Shown piece after piece: positions 45,825 to 60,599 of a DNA stretch of 64,000 nucleotides. The first letter of the stretch is position 1. Every line of letters starts with the position of its first letter. The DNA comes from Azolla caroliniana. Lineage: Eukaryota; Plantae; Polypodiophyta. The DNA is taken from contig JBHGNT010000002.1 in assembly GCA_043228905.1 (NCBI GenBank), positions 12,648,001-12,712,000 on the forward strand, written 5' to 3'. The notes beneath the pieces were generated by a model. It had not been told where the DNA came from. It saw only the letters and a program-made list of their open reading frames with translations, and did not search any database. The position numbers were made by a program, and so were the translations under genes.

Positions 45825-48306
45825 TGTTGAGAAATCATTGCGGAATTTAAATCACAATGAACAGACAATGCTGAAATACGAATCACAGAAAGACAAGATA
45901 GACAACTATGCACAGAGATTTACGTGGAAACCCTAACCTCTAATCCTTTGGTACATGCATATATGCCAAACATCCAAACACCCTCAGGTGTTGGAAGGAG
46001 ACATCCTTCCCTTTCCACACCCTCTGTGGGACATCACCCTTTAATGGCACCTGTTGATCAGTTAAATAGTTGTGTTCATCACCTCAACCCAATAGGATTT
46101 CAGCAGTTTCGCATGGGAGAGCATGCTCCTTACTCTCTCCATGATTGTTCGATTCATCCTCTCTCCAAGCCCGTTTAATTCTGGGGTCTTTGCTCTGTGT
46201 ATTTGATTCGAATACCTTGGCACTTGCAGTATTCCGACCCCAGAATTAAACGGGCTTTGCCCTCTGTACTCGCCACCGTTGTCGGTTTGGACAACCTTCA
46301 GTTTTCGACCCGACTCTCTTTCAGCTCTTGCCTAGAACTCCTTGAAAAACGACAATACTTCATACTTTGTCTTCAGTACGAAGGCCCATGTCTTCCGATT
46401 ATGGTCATCAATGAATGTCACGAAGTACTGTCCACCTTGATGCGATGGAGCATCCACATAGCACACATCCGTGTGCACTAGTTCTAGTGCAACTTCTCTT
46501 CTTCTTGGTGGTCTTGAGTGGAATGTCGCCCTGTTCTGCTTTCCGGGTAAGCAGTCGACACACTTCTCCAAGTGCACATCCTTCAACGTTAGTTGACACC
46601 CTATTGATGTCGTTAAGCTGACACTTCTGACTCCAGTTATCTTGCACTCTCCACTATCACCCATCTTTACATAACCACGATCCCCGGCTATGTATGTCGA
46701 GAAATACTCGCTCGACGGGGTAATATGGAAGGATGCGCCGGAGTCGATCACCCAAGTGCATTCTTCACTCGCAAGATTTGCACTTGTCTGCTCGCAAATG
46801 AATAGGAGTTCTTCATTGCTCGTAGCAATGGCCGAAGTGTTCTTCTCATCAGGAATCTTCCTGGGTTCGACATTGTTTCCGACACTCTTGTCTCTTCTCA
46901 TGTGTCGGCAATCCTTCTGGAAATGTCCAGGTTTTCCACAATGAAAGCACATTGGCTTACCTCTGCACTTCGATCTGGCGTGGGATTTGTCCGTTCGTTG
47001 TAGACTTCATCACCGTTCCCTGCCTCTATCTATATGTTGAGTCAGATTCGACTCCGTTTGGGATAGGAATCCTTTGTCTTTCCTCCTTGCCTCCTCATTT
47101 AGGATGCTTGTCTTCACCGTCTGTAAAGACAAGTTCTCTTCTTGACAGTAGGTGCTAAGAGTAACCACCAGGTTCTCCCAGTTGTTTGACAATGTACACA
47201 TCAGGAGGATGGCTTGCATTGCGTCATCAAGGGGAAACTTGGTCGCAGCAGGTTGATTTACATACCCCATGAATGTGCTGATGTGTTCGACGATGCTCTC
47301 ACGATCTCTGTATTTCAGCCATACAATTTTCCTCATCAAAGAGGTTTTATTGAGCGCATTCTTCCTCTCATACAGACCCAACAACTTCCGCCACATCTCG
47401 TGGGCATTTGTGTCATTCGCCACATGTTGAAGGACACTTACATCGACGCATTGTCAGATAGTGACCACTGCCTTTCTATTCAGAAGCTTCCAGTCCGACT
47501 CCAATACTCCCCTGGGTATATCAACTCTGTCGACTGGCTCGTACAGGTCTTTTACTATGAGAAGGTCTTCCATCTTGATTTTCCAGTCTGCATAGTTTTC
47601 TGTGAGTTGACAACTATCATTCCTGGGAAGCCGCTCACACCTCCTTCCATGCTTGCACCTCAAGCTCTAATACTAGTTTGTTGAGAAATCGTTGCGGAAT
47701 TTAAATCACAATGAACAGACAATGCTGAAATACGAATCACAGAAAGACAAGATAGAGATAGCTATGCACAGAGATTTACGTGGAAACCCTAAAATGGGGA
47801 AAACCACGGGAACAGAACTTCACTATAGACAGTGGATATACAATACAGAGAGGATTCCAACACTCTTGCGAGTGGATTAGCCGCACAGGGCTCTTCTCGT
47901 ATGTTGTTGCTCACATAGTTATGGCACGACTCACACCTATCTCCCTCACTCACAGTTATGTTCTCTTCTATTCTCTATCTATTCTCTTTCTTAAAGTTTG
48001 CCCTAGTTGCATATATATACTTACACAACTTTCTAGCTATTTACATACCTAGCCCTCATGGGCGCACATTGAGACTATTTACAAGTATAGTCTCTCGAGT
48101 TGGCTATATACACGATTCTGGTTTCTCATCAACTTGGCTCCTCTCTCTCCCCACCCGGAGTGATCTGTTTCCTAACATCATCATTATTATTACCATAATA
48201 ATAACAATCAAATTCTCTAATAGTCGAATCATTGTCTTCGACCCTTTGACAGTCGGCCTTCCGAACTGTCGGCTCTTCCTCCCTCTAGAGGGACATATTC
48301 CCAACA
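45825..48306 (-). mobile_element. Ty1/copia element J, internally deleted (gag, protease, part of integrase)
   Basis: TSD CCAAG, LTR 47679-48306 and partial LTR 45825-45935, degenerate PBS 47664-47675. ENYADWKIKMEDLL, CFHCGKPGHFQKDC, WVIDSGASFH, LELVHTDVC. Confidence 0.85.
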
Positions 48307-48896
48307 CCAAGTGCCTTGGTGAAGATGTCGGCAACCTGCCAATCTGTCCAGACATACCGGACTTTTGGTTAACCACTAAGGGCCCACTCACACACAAAGT
48401 GATAATGCACTTCTATGTGCTTCATTTGAGCATGGAACATAGGGTTCTTGGCTAGCTGCATGCTCCTCATGTAGATTGGGATCGGAGTCAGTACTTTGAT
48501 CCGGAGGTCTTGCAACAGCCTCCAAAGCCAAATGGCTTCACAGGTGTCAACGCTAGTGCCCCGATATTCAGCTGCAGTGCTCGATAGAGCCATTGTCGGT
48601 TGCTTCTTGCTGCTCCATGCAACAGTCGCACCACCTAGAGAGAACATGAATCCGGAAGTGGATCGTCGATCCGACGCATCTCCAGCCCAATTGACATCCA
48701 TATATCTGACTAGTTTCTTGGTTATACCATTTCGGTATAACAATCCCCGGTCCTTAGTGCCGCTAACATACCTCAGTATTCGGTGCGCCCCCCGAAGGTG
48801 CTCCACGGTTGGTTTCTGCATGAATTGATTGATCGCTCCGACCAAATAGCTAATGTTGGGCCGAATGATCGTTAAATAAATATGGCTTCTGACAAT

Positions 48897-51800
48897 AACA
48901 TCCGGTGCTTCATTGACATGGGCTTGTACAACAACTTTAATGAAGAAAGTAAGGCTCATTAACTCTGGGAGAAGATGGGCATCATGTTCCAGAACAAAAA
49001 TGTCATGAATCGGGTTTCGATATTCCGGAAGCTAGTGAGACTCCGGTACCAGGATGGATCCAGCATGGCAGAGCATATGACCGCATTTAACGGGCTTATA
49101 AATCAAACAACTTCTCTTGAAGTAGCTCTAGCCAATTAGGTACTTGCATTGCTCTTGCTCGGCTCCCTCCTAGACAGTTGGGAGATGCTAGTTGTCATTT
49201 TGGGCAACGCCGGGCCTGAAGGAAAGCAGTTGTCCCTAGCAAGGGTAAAATCAAGCTTGCTAAATGAAGAAGCTCGCCGGAAGCACTGGGAGTCCGGAAC
49301 TGATCCGAAGGCCTTGGTCATGGAAGAGGACCATAACCGGGGAAGAGGCCAGTACAGGAGTTCCCAAAACCAGGACAAATCGGGGGTGAGGTCGAAGTCA
49401 AGGGGAAGGCCCACTAGCTTTTATTGCGGAAAGCCAGGGAACTTCAAGAAGAATTGCCGACACTTCTGGAAATCCAAAGGGGGAGCCAACAATACGGAAC
49501 CGAAGAAGATTTCAGAGAGAAGAGGAACATCGGTGATCGCGACAAGTGAAGAGGGACAAATGCTCATCACCGAAGAGAGTGAGCTAAACCTTGTCAGCGA
49601 CGAGACAACGTGGGTTGTCGATTATGGAGCATCGTTCCATTTGACACTAGACCGGAGATGCTTCTCATCCTACACAACGGTGATCACGATTGTGTTCATA
49701 TGGGTAATGAAGGCACATGCCGAATTGTCGGCATGGGAGATGTGTGGTTGACTACATCAACCGGGTGCAAGTTGCTATTAAAGGATGTCCGACACATTCC
49801 GAAGGTTCGTTTGAATCTGATATTAGTCGGTCGACTAGATGATGAAGGCTACACGGTTAGCATCAGGAACGGAGTCATGAAATTCAGCAAAGGAAGCCCG
49901 ATTCTGGCTCGAGCCCGGAAGATCAGAACATTGTACCTGATGTATGCCCGGATATGCTGGGAAGAAGTGAACGTAGCATTTGACAATGCCAGTGAGTTGT
50001 GGCACAAGAGACCGTGTCATATGAGCCAGAAGGGGATGAGAAGACTTGCCGAAGACAACCTCATTCTGGAGGTGAAAGACGTGCATCTTGAGAAGTGCAC
50101 CGATTGCTTAGCCGGCAAGCAAAACCGAACCTCCTTCCGGTCAAGACCATCGATGAGACGGAATGCACCACTGGAGCTGGTGCATACTGATGTGTGTCAA
50201 GTGGACACGAATTCACATGCTGGATCACAGTACTTCGTGACGTTCATAGATGACCACAGCCAGAAGTTGTGGGTCTCGCTGTTGAAGCCAAAGGATCAAG
50301 TGTTGTCTGTCTTCAAGGAACTCCACGCGAGAGTGGAAAGAGAAACTGGCCAAAAGCTAAAAGCGGTTCGAGTAGATAACGAAGGAGAGTACTCAGGGCA
50401 ATTCCAGGAGTACTGTCGATCGAAGGGAATCCGGCTCGAATTCATTGTGCTGAAGATGCGGGAAGTAAACAGGACGGCCGAGTGGATGAACCGGACCATG
50501 ATGGAGAGAGTTTGGAGCATGCTGGCACATGCAAAGCAACCCAAGACGTTTTGGGTCGAGGCACTGATGACGGCAACGTATGTGATAAACATATCACCCT
50601 CAACACCCTTGGACGAAGACACACCACAAAGAGTATGGACTAGTAAAGAAGTGTCTTACCGGCATCTAAAGGTGTTCGGGTGTCTCGCATATGTGCATGT
50701 TGCATAGGACAAGAGAGCAAAGCTGGATTCAAAGTCCAGGCGACATATGTGTGCATGTTGCAAACGACAAGAGAGCAAAGCTGGCACATGCAAAACTACC
50801 GAAGACGTTTTTGGCCGAGGCGCTGATGACGGCGATGTATGTGATAAACAGATCACCCACAACACCCTTGGACGGAGACACACCATAGAGATTATGGACC
50901 AGTAAAGACGTGTCTTACCGGCATCTGAAGGTGTTGGGGTATCTCGCATATGTGCATGTTGCAAAGGACAAGAGAGCAAAGTTGGCACATGCAAAGCTAC
51001 CCAAGACGTTTTGGGCCGAGGCGCTAATGACAACGACGTATGTGATAAACAGATCACCCTTGGACAGAGACACAAAACAGAGGGTATGGACTGGTAAAGT
51101 CGTGTCTTACCGGCATCTGAAGGTGTTCAGGTGTCTCGCATATGTGTATGTTGCAAAGGATAAGAGAGCAAAGCTATATCCGAAGTCCAAGCCATGCATA
51201 TTCCTTGGATACGACGATGATGAGTTCGGTTACTAGGTATGGGATCTGGTCAACAAGAAGGTATTCCAAAGTCGGGACATTATCTTCATTGAGGATAAGA
51301 CCATTGCCAACTGGGAGTCGGAGAAAAAGATAATGAATTCTGGGTCAACATGTAAAGATTAGCTGAAGGAGTTGAGGACCCATCCGGCCGGAAGCCGGAT
51401 GACGCACGAAGAACCGACCAAATTCGGAGTAGAAACCGAACTGACCAAAGAAGAAGAAGAGGAAGCTGAAACTAGAAGTGGACAAGCCCCCGAAACGGAT
51501 TCGGATTCGGAATAGATGGAAGAACCGGTTACCGAAAGCCAAGGACGGAGGTATCCACTAACGGAGAGAAAAGCTCCCCAGAGATTTCCGTATCCAGAGC
51601 ATGTACTACTGACCGATGGGGGGAGCCGGAAAGCTTCGAAGAAGCAAAGAAAGACACCCACAACCGCAAGTGGTTAAGTGCCATAAAGAACGAAATGGAT
51701 TCCCTGCATGAGGACCACACATATGAACTGGTGGAGCTGCCGAAAGGAAACAGGGCACTCTAGAACAAGTGGGTGTACAAACTGAAACTGGGAGACACTG

Positions 51801-53411
51801 GAAATCCACCGAGGTACAAGGCCCGGATCGTGGTCAAGGGTTTCCAACAGAAGAAAGGAGTGGATTTCGACGAGATCTTTGCCCTAGTAGTTAAGATGAC
51901 TTCCATCCGGACATTGTTGAGCATAGAGGCAAGCATGGACCTCGAGGTAGAGCAACTAGATGTCAAAGCGACATTCCTCCATGGTGACCTCAAAGAAGAA
52001 ATCTACATGCATCAACCGAAACAATTTCTGGAGAGAGGGAAGGAGCACCTGGTTTTCCGGTTGAAGAAGAGCCTATACGGTTTGAAGCAAGCTCCCCGGC
52101 AATGGTACCGAAAGTTCGACTCCTTCATGACGGATCAAGGGTACCAAAAGACACAAGCCGATCACTACGTGTTTGTGAAGAAATTTGACCGAGGATATTT
52201 CCTGATATTGCTCTTATACGTGGATGACATGTTGATCATCAGATGAGACCAAGTCAAGATACGAATGCTGAAGAAGGCCCTAAACCGGACCTTCTCAATG
52301 AAAGACGGATTTTGGGGATGCACATCATCCGGGACCGGTCGAAGAAGTTGTTGTGGTTGTCACAGGAGAACTACGTGACAAACGTGCTTCAACGGTTCAA
52401 CATGTCGGAGGCAAAAGCGATCAGATCTACACTTCCGGCAAACTGCAAGCTATCCAGAAAACAAAACCGGAAGACGAAGGCAGAGAAGATGGATATGATG
52501 AAGGTACCATATGCCTCTGTTGTCGGAAGTCTAATGTATGCAATGGTGTGCACCCGGCCGGATATCGAATATGCAGTCGGACTAGTGAGTCGGTTCATGA
52601 GCAATCCCGAAAAAGAGCACTGCAACGTCGCCAAGTGGATACTCCGGTATTTGAAAGGCACCCCAAGTATGTGCCTCTGATTTGGCACTGGTAAACCCCA
52701 ACTAGACGGATTCACGGATTCAGATATGTCGGCTGATGCGGATACCAGTCGGTCTACATCCGGATATGTGATGACTTATGTAGGGGGAGTCGTATCGTGG
52801 CAGTCAAAGCGGAGATATGGCAACTGTGGAAGCCAACAAGGAAATAATTTGGATGAAGGACTTCATCGGAGAGCTAGGGATCCAACAGGAGGAATACATG
52901 CTCTACTGCGACAGTCAAAGTGTCATCCACCTTGCAAAGAAAGCAACGAACTACTCGAGGACAAAGCACATCCAATGCAGGTATCATTGGCTCCAAGAGA
53001 AGATAGATGATAAAGACTTCGTGCTGACAAAGATCAAAACAAAGGAGAACGGATCGGACATGCTGACCAAGGTGCTGACAGCCGACAAGCTAGACGCGTG
53101 CCGAAGGCGAATCGGGCTGACAAAACATCCAATGCCTTAGTGAAGGGGGAGTTTGTTTGGAATTCAAGTCCCTCCGGATGGGATCCGAATGAGAGCTAGA
53201 CGAGTTGGATGAGACCCGAACACCGGATCGAGGGAATCCGGATGGATCCGGTGCAAACTGAATCCAAGGACATATTTGTAAATATGTTAGAGTAAGCCCA
53301 TTGAGGCTATATTTGTAAATAGCCCTAAAGTCATATGAGTATAAATATGACTTAGGGCAACCACATAGAATATATAAAGAAGGTGATTATCTTTCTTGTA
53401 AGTGTGTGTAA

Positions 53412-53455
<44 letters not shown>

Positions 53456-53719
53456 TACTCTGTTGTATCCGCCCATTGGCGAAGGGAGATCTCAAGGTCG
53501 TTGCCTCTGAGACCTTCATTCTTGTAACCTCTCTGAGATCTTCATATAGTGATAGTTAGGAGTCTATGGGCTCCCGTGGTTTTTTCCCTATTAGGGTTTT
53601 CCACGGTGTACTCTTTACTGTTATCTGTGTACGTGCATTCTTCTCCTTCTTCCATTTTCTGTGTTTGATTCTCCATAGAGCGCTTGAAGACTCGGTTATA
53701 GCCGAGCAATATTTGCACG
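48897..53719 (+). mobile_element. pol: Ty1/copia element A3, 5'-truncated, with degenerate gag-pol and 3' LTR at 53154-53719
   Basis: Same family as A2. Integrase ORF 49610-50707, RT YKARIVVKG/LLYVDDML, RNase H KENGSDMLTK, PPT AGTGAAGGGGGAG at ~53139-53151. Confidence 0.9.
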
Positions 53720-56459
53720 GTTTCCCATCATAGCACTTATAACCCTTCTGCTCATGTGAATAACCAACTAGTATGCGCTTCTCCAACTTTGGGTCTAGCT
53801 TCCTCCGCTTCTCTACCGAATATCGTAAGGTGCCTTAAATTTGGGTTTTGTTTGAAATAAAGCTCGTGTGTTGACACCTCATCCCCAATCCGGTTTTGGA
53901 TGTAGACAGTCATTCGAACCGCTTCGGCTCAGTAAAACTTGGGCATGCACTTCTCTTCTCGCATTGCCCGTGCCACCTCCACAATTGACCAATTCTTCTT
54001 TTCCTCCACACCGTTTTGTTCCGGTGTTTATCTACAACTTAATCCCTCTGAATTCCATTTTGCTGTAGATAATTGTATAATTGGTCAGAAAAGTATTCTT
54101 TCCCACCATTCGTCCATAGGCACTTGATCTTTCTCTCTATTTCCCGTTCGATAAGACTTTGTCGGTTCCGAAAACAATCGAAGACTTCACTTTTCTTCTC
54201 GAGATAGATCCACATGTGCCTGTTGTAGTCGTCTATGAAGGAGATGAAATATCGGCTCCCGCCAAGACTAACGTTCTGTGTCAATCCCCATACATCCGAA
54301 TGTATCAAGTCGAGTTTGTTACGGCTCCAGTTTCTTTCGGTGGGGAACGGAAGCCCGTGTTGCTTCCCGGGCTGACAAGCTTCACAAATTTGGTCCTTTT
54401 GGCCATTGAATTTTGTCAATCCGAAAACAACCTATTTCAATTGCATGTCTTGAAGCCTCTGATAGTTGACATGGCTGATTCGCTTGTGCCACAAGTCAAT
54501 ATCCGACTCGACTTTCTGTCCTTTTGCGAACAAGGCAATGCCTACGTCGTTGGTGTCGAGGATGACCATTCTCCCATCCCAATGCCCTTGTGCAATGATC
54601 CGGCTCTCTTCCTCAATGAAGCACCCGAGATGTCTAAACCGCACCTACATTCCCTGGTTGAAGATCTGCTCGACCGACACCAGTTTCCTTGTGATTTTCG
54701 GGACGTGAAGCACATTCATAAGCTTCCTTTGTTGTCCAACGTGACTAAAGGGAACTTCTCCAACATGCACAATCGGGTGAGGAATGTCGTCTCTAGTTTC
54801 GACAACTCTCGGTTGTTCCGACTTTTCCAGATACGAGAACCACTCTTCATGGCTCGTCATGTGGTTTGATGCTTCAGAATCAACGTGCCACACTTCCTAA
54901 GATCCGGAAGTGTTCTTCTTCATTGAGTTTCCCTTGTGCTTCATCACAAAGATTGGCCCTTTTCTGGTCTTTCCGGTTCCGGATCCTTCCAATCCTTCTG
55001 CGTAGTGCAAGCTTTGTCGGTTCCCTTGTCCGGTTTTGCCGGATCTGGATTTATCCGAATCGGGGCACTTCTTCTGGCACTCGCTCTCCCAGTGGTCATT
55101 CTTGCCACAATACCAACATTCCGTGTCGGCTTTCCTTTGCCGGTTTCCGGTGCCGCTTTGCCTCCCCTTGCTTGTGGAGGGTCCAAAACTGCTGTTGGCA
55201 CCATCTCTGTGCCTCCGATTCTGCTCTTGCTGGCTGCTACTATTTCGTGCCGACCTAGCTCGTATCCGCCTCCGTGTACAGCATCCGCTTGTCCAATTGA
55301 GTGGTCCTTGACCCACTCATGTGCTTTTCATTGACCAAGAGCATCGATTGTAGGTCGAAGAAAGAAGATGGCTTCTCCCGGGTGCAAATTGCCATCCGGA
55401 TTGGCCCATACTAGTGTTAGACCCCCGAGGCAAATTTGGACCATCTCATCTTCGTCCACCGTCACATTGATGGACCCGAGCAAGTCGCAAATCTCCTTGA
55501 TCTTGGTGTAGTCGGTGACCAACATGTCTTGTTGTCGGATACTATTGAGCTCTTGTCAGAGCTGCAACCTCTGTGTTGTGGCACTTGCGAAGAAAATCTT
55601 CCGGAGATTTTCCCATGCCTCCTTTGGTGACTTTGCGTCTCTGATGTAGCCGAGCATCTGGTCGTGCACACAGGACGCGAAGTAGTACAACACTTTGCTT
55701 GTTCCTTGGTCCCATACCGGGAAGTCCTTGTGTGCCGAATCTGGCGTTGCTTCATTTGCTCCTTCCACGTAGCTCTAGTATCTGTGCCCCATTAGGTATT
55801 GGTGCATTTTATACGACCAGGACGCATAGTTGCTCCGGTCAAGCTTTTCCGTAGGAAGCGAGCTCGCCATGCTTCTATCCATATCTTCTCTCTTCCTTCT
55901 ATTCTTTAAAGGTGATTAGGGTTTGTCTATAGAGGTCGCTTGTTGGCAGCAGAGGTTCTCAACCCTCGCGCTCTGATACCATGAAAAGTTATTATGCAGA
56001 AGCTTAGATAAACAGGCTCAGTTGGATAACAATAGTAAAACAGAAATGAAGGTTTAATGGAAGCTTAAGAATACACAATACACGGGAGAGACAAAGAAAG
56101 ACAAGAATAACATAAACTCTATTCAAAATAATAACACTTTGTACATACAAATGTCCTATAGAACACTTTTTATACAAGTCCTTAAAAGGACTAACAGAAG
56201 TATTGACAAGTACATCAATGCTCATACGAGCCACTGACACTAACTCCAAGGAATATCCCTACGTACTAGGCTCAGATCCAAGGAATATCCCTACACACTA
56301 GGCTTGGAACGTAGGCTCCAACGGCCTACCAGTTCTCACTATTCTAGAGTACGATCCAGCTCTCTGATCCGGTTCTAGGTTCTGGATACCGATTCAGTAC
56401 CTATCTGGTTCTCTGTTCTGGATACCGATCCGGATCCGGTTGAGCTTGCCTGCTCAACA

Positions 56460-57543
56460 GAGTTCCAAACGACTCGAAGCAAAACGAACTCTTTTTCCCA
56501 AACACAAGGACCAGATATTCGACACCGTGTTATCCAAGCCGATAACAGCCACCGAGGTAGACCTGCACCATTTCGTCCTTGACGATCACATTGATGGAAG
56601 CAAGGGAGTCACAGATCTCCTTGATTCCGGCAGTATAATTGACTACCGTCTGATCTTTCTGTCGGACACTACTGAGCTCCTGCCTGAGATGCAACTTCCT
56701 AGTTGTTGTGCTTGCGGCAAAAATCTGTTTGAGATTTGCCCACGTATCTTTTCATGTCTTGGTATCTCAGATGTATCTCAATAGTTGATCTCTGACACTG
56801 GACGCGAAGCAGTATATAACTTTGCATGTTGCCTGCTCCGAGCCAGAAAGTCCTTGTGTGTCGCATCTAGGGTTGCATTGTTTGCTCCTTCAACTTAACT
56901 CCAGTATCCATGCCCAAGCAAGTACTGGTGCATCTTGTACAACCAAGATGCGTAGTTGCTCCTGTCGAGCTTTTTCTGTCGGAATTGAGCTTCACATACC
57001 TCTATCCATCTTCATGTCTTTTCTACTCCAGAAGACAAAAGTTTGTCTTTGTGCTTCTTCGCGTGTTGGTTGCAAAGGATTCTTCTAACCCTCATGCTCT
57101 GATACCAAGTAAAGATTACGTATGAGGAAGCGTTATGTGCAAACACAGTCGGCTCGTCCGGACAACGGAAAATAGATAGTTAGGTAAACACACAGTGAGA
57201 GAGACAAATAGACAGAGAGATAGAGAAACAAAGTTAAGCAAACAACAACAAGATTCTATTACCAAAACTCTCTATGTACAGAATGTGCTCAGAACACTTT
57301 TTATACAAGCCCTAACAGAGGGCTGACAAGTACTAATAGGTACTTGAATGCTTATTAACTGAGCCTAACACTAATTAGTCTACAATAGGCCTATTTACTA
57401 AAATTGGCATCTAGGCTCCCTAACGGCTTGTTGGATTCCATCTGACTAGACTAGCCGATTTAGGCCTAGCCGATCGACCTATGTCTAATCCGGCTTTCGG
57501 CTTATTCAGCCAATCAGCCCATGTTGAGCTTGTCCACTCAACA
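56460..57543 (-). mobile_element. gag: Ty1/copia element K (H/I-related): 5' LTR, PBS and gag start
   Basis: LTR ~57108-57543, PBS TGGTATCAGAGC on minus at 57096-57107, gag EKLDRSNYASWLYKMHQYLLGHGYW. Cut by element I. Confidence 0.85.
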
Positions 57544-60500
57544 ATGGATTACTTCAACTCTTGAATTGAAGCAATTTATCGTATTATACACATTTTTTCT
57601 ACTGACACCTATCATCTTAGATTGATCTTTCGTGATAAGATTATCTTCAAACTTGCTCGTGCCTAGTAAAGTTTATTTTAGATCTTTTATAAACAAATCA
57701 TTTAATATTACATTAAGTGTTGTTACCTTCTTTCTTCTCTTCATAACCAATGTGCCTATTCAAACTATTGAAATACATAACGATATTTCTCACTATATTT
57801 TTAGTTTTATTTCTTCCATTTTCATTGATATTGTTCACACTACATCATAATCAATATTTCCATTGTCTTTAGTTGCAATGTCTAGCTTACCCTTTAACAT
57901 TTCTCAATGTTTCCTTTTTTTTCCAATATTTTCTTATAACTTGTTGTCTACTAATAGTCAGGACCCTTTAGCATTCATGAGAGCCATTGATGAATACTTA
58001 TGATCACATTCCATTGATCACTCATGAACAAAATATGGCAGGAAGTGTTAACAATAGGAACACTAGATGAGTAAACAAATAGGTACGACAAGTAGGAGCA
58101 AGGACACGATGATTGTGGCAATATCAATGAAGAGACAAACACACAACAAGTAAGAAGGATGGTGAGAAAGAGCAACCATAGCAATACCATGTGTAGAGGT
58201 AATACGGGGTGGTGGCACAAAGGGATAGCATAAAGGAGCCATGGTCACAATACCATGTGTAGAGGTAATAAACAACAATGGCAACAATACCATGTGCAAA
58301 GGTAGGAAGGAGTCATGGCCAATACAAACAAGAACAATTGCGGGTAGGAGAAAGGATAAGACAAGAACAATAAGAATGTGGGGATGCCACAAACATTACC
58401 ATAAAGGAGTTTGTTATATTATTAATATACAAATATTACTATTTCTTGTATGCAATGTGCATAGCAATTGATTATGCATAATGGGGCATTGAATCTAAAG
58501 GGAAGTTCCCCATATTATTAATAGACAAAGATAACTATTTATGGTTATTAAATCATGTTTAGATAATCACCATAAATGCCAAACAACTAAATTACATATA
58601 GCTTTTTGTACAAAAAATAAGTTATGTCAAATACACAACTAATTGTTCTCACTCCATGCTTTCACACACCAACTTTTTTCTCCATGAATCATTCTTAACT
58701 TTGCTTCTAGAAAACTTTGCTTGATACCTTGACCATGAATCATTCTTAACTAGTTGTTAAGAATCATTTGGCAATCCGTTGAAAAAGTTATTCGATAAAG
58801 ACAAGGTCATATGCTCAACCACTACATACAACCCAAAACTTGGATTATTTTTCTAAGCTTCTACTTCCAAGTATATGGAACCGAAGATAGATAAAATTAT
58901 TTACAAGATCAACATCATAATTGACTCAACATGATACAACTTACAATAGAAAAATTTGTGAGTGAAAGAGAGACAAACATTTTATTTCTTGCACACTAAA
59001 CTTTCAGAATTGTTGGTGCTTTGCAAAAACAATCTACTTCTTCCATCATGGGGGGTTTGATGCCAGTAAATGAGGTTATTTAGCTTAAATGCATAATAGG
59101 TAGATGACAAAGGTGGAACACTATCATATAAACAAGAGAATGCAAAGATAGCATCTGTAAATGATGTTTTGTTTTATTGTAGAACATTAAAAAATGTAAC
59201 AAAATGAAAATAACAAATTATTTTCCTCTTACAATACCTCCATGTGTTTTGAACTTCTATTATCATTGAAAGATAGGCAGATCTAATGAAAATATAGTCT
59301 TCAATGTCTAGTTGTGGTTACAACCAGGAAAGATGGCACATTTCCACTAGTACTATATTCTTCCGCCACGGTTGACCAAACATTTGAACTTTTTTCTGCG
59401 TATCTAACCTGAAATGTCAACATACAATATCTCAATGTGTTGACCACTCTATCTCTGTCACACATTTGGATCATTACCATGATCTTTGGGAAACCTAAGA
59501 GTTTTCGTTTTTCATACAATTAACTTGAACCTACACATATACTTGGTCTCATAGGCCTATTTTAACCTCTAGGAATGCACTAGTGTAGGATTCCTCCACA
59601 ACACCAATCAAGATTGGATACCATGTCCAATCATCTAATCCAATGCATACTTGTACTTCATCCTTGAAAAAGCATCTCAAGCACCATTATCAATTGCTAA
59701 GCCACTCCATGCATTAAAACCATTATCATTGATATTTCTGAATCCCAGAGCTTTTGTTTTTGTTGCAATATGGTGGATAACCTGAAGTCACGCATATTTG
59801 TAATCATAATTTGTCCCATAGGCTGATTTTAGCCTCTAGTAGGCGTTAATTTTGGCCAAACTCCAAATTGAGCATGCTCAGAAGAAATAAAAGAAAATGT
59901 TCCTTGGCCTGAGTTCAATATGCAAAACTAGCACTTGTAGATAAGCTATGTGTGATGAAGGAAAAATTAGAAGAAGCTAAGGACTGCTCAAGCATTCCGG
60001 GTACAAGTAGTTGGGTGAGCTGAAAAAGAATGGCCACAAGAAGTATATGGGAATCTCAAAATAAGAATTGCAGCATTGGATATTCAATTGCTTCAGCATG
60101 GAGGGTGGTTAGAGATGAGTCTAGGGCTGAGGCTTTAATCATCTAATTCATAGCTTTCTCGCCCAAGATAAGGGCAACAAAAGGGGACAAAATACATAGA
60201 ATGAAGCTGTCACACCAGCTCAAATAGCACCCGAAAAGAAAACATGCCACAAGTGCTTGCTGCAAAAGATGGGCTGCCTATAGAGATCGTAGGTTCATCA
60301 TTGTAGAGAAGAGTCACACAATGGTGTATGGCCTATGACACCTTAAGCATGAATTAATGGAGTTCCAATGGCTCTCAAACAACAAATGTTGGATATTTTG
60401 AAGATATCTTTAAAATCACAGATATTGCTCTGCATGCAGAGACCATCAACGCACTGCCACCAAACTCCATGAAGTGCAGCGAAAGAAATAGCAGTTGGTA

Positions 60501-60599
60501 TGGTGGTCCTCAAATCGGCTAGTCATTGGGATAGGATAGCCAACTCGTCTTTACTGAGAGAGTAACACATTTTGGCGACCATGATGAGATTCTACTAGC

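Larger units (their letters stand above)
45260..56459 (-). mobile_element. Ty1/copia element I (H-related), fragmented by elements J and A3
   Basis: 5' LTR 55982-56459, PBS 55970-55981, gag-PR-INT ~55880-53720, RT end/RNase H 48895-48307 continuing at 45824 (LGTDKLQHYSEMLGL). 3' UTR cut by the Sola-like right TIR. Confidence 0.8.

Noticed and set aside
54159-54869. 236-aa plus-strand ORF (also the antisense ORFs at 28372-29146)
   Set aside because: They are antisense shadows of copia protease/integrase coding sequence.
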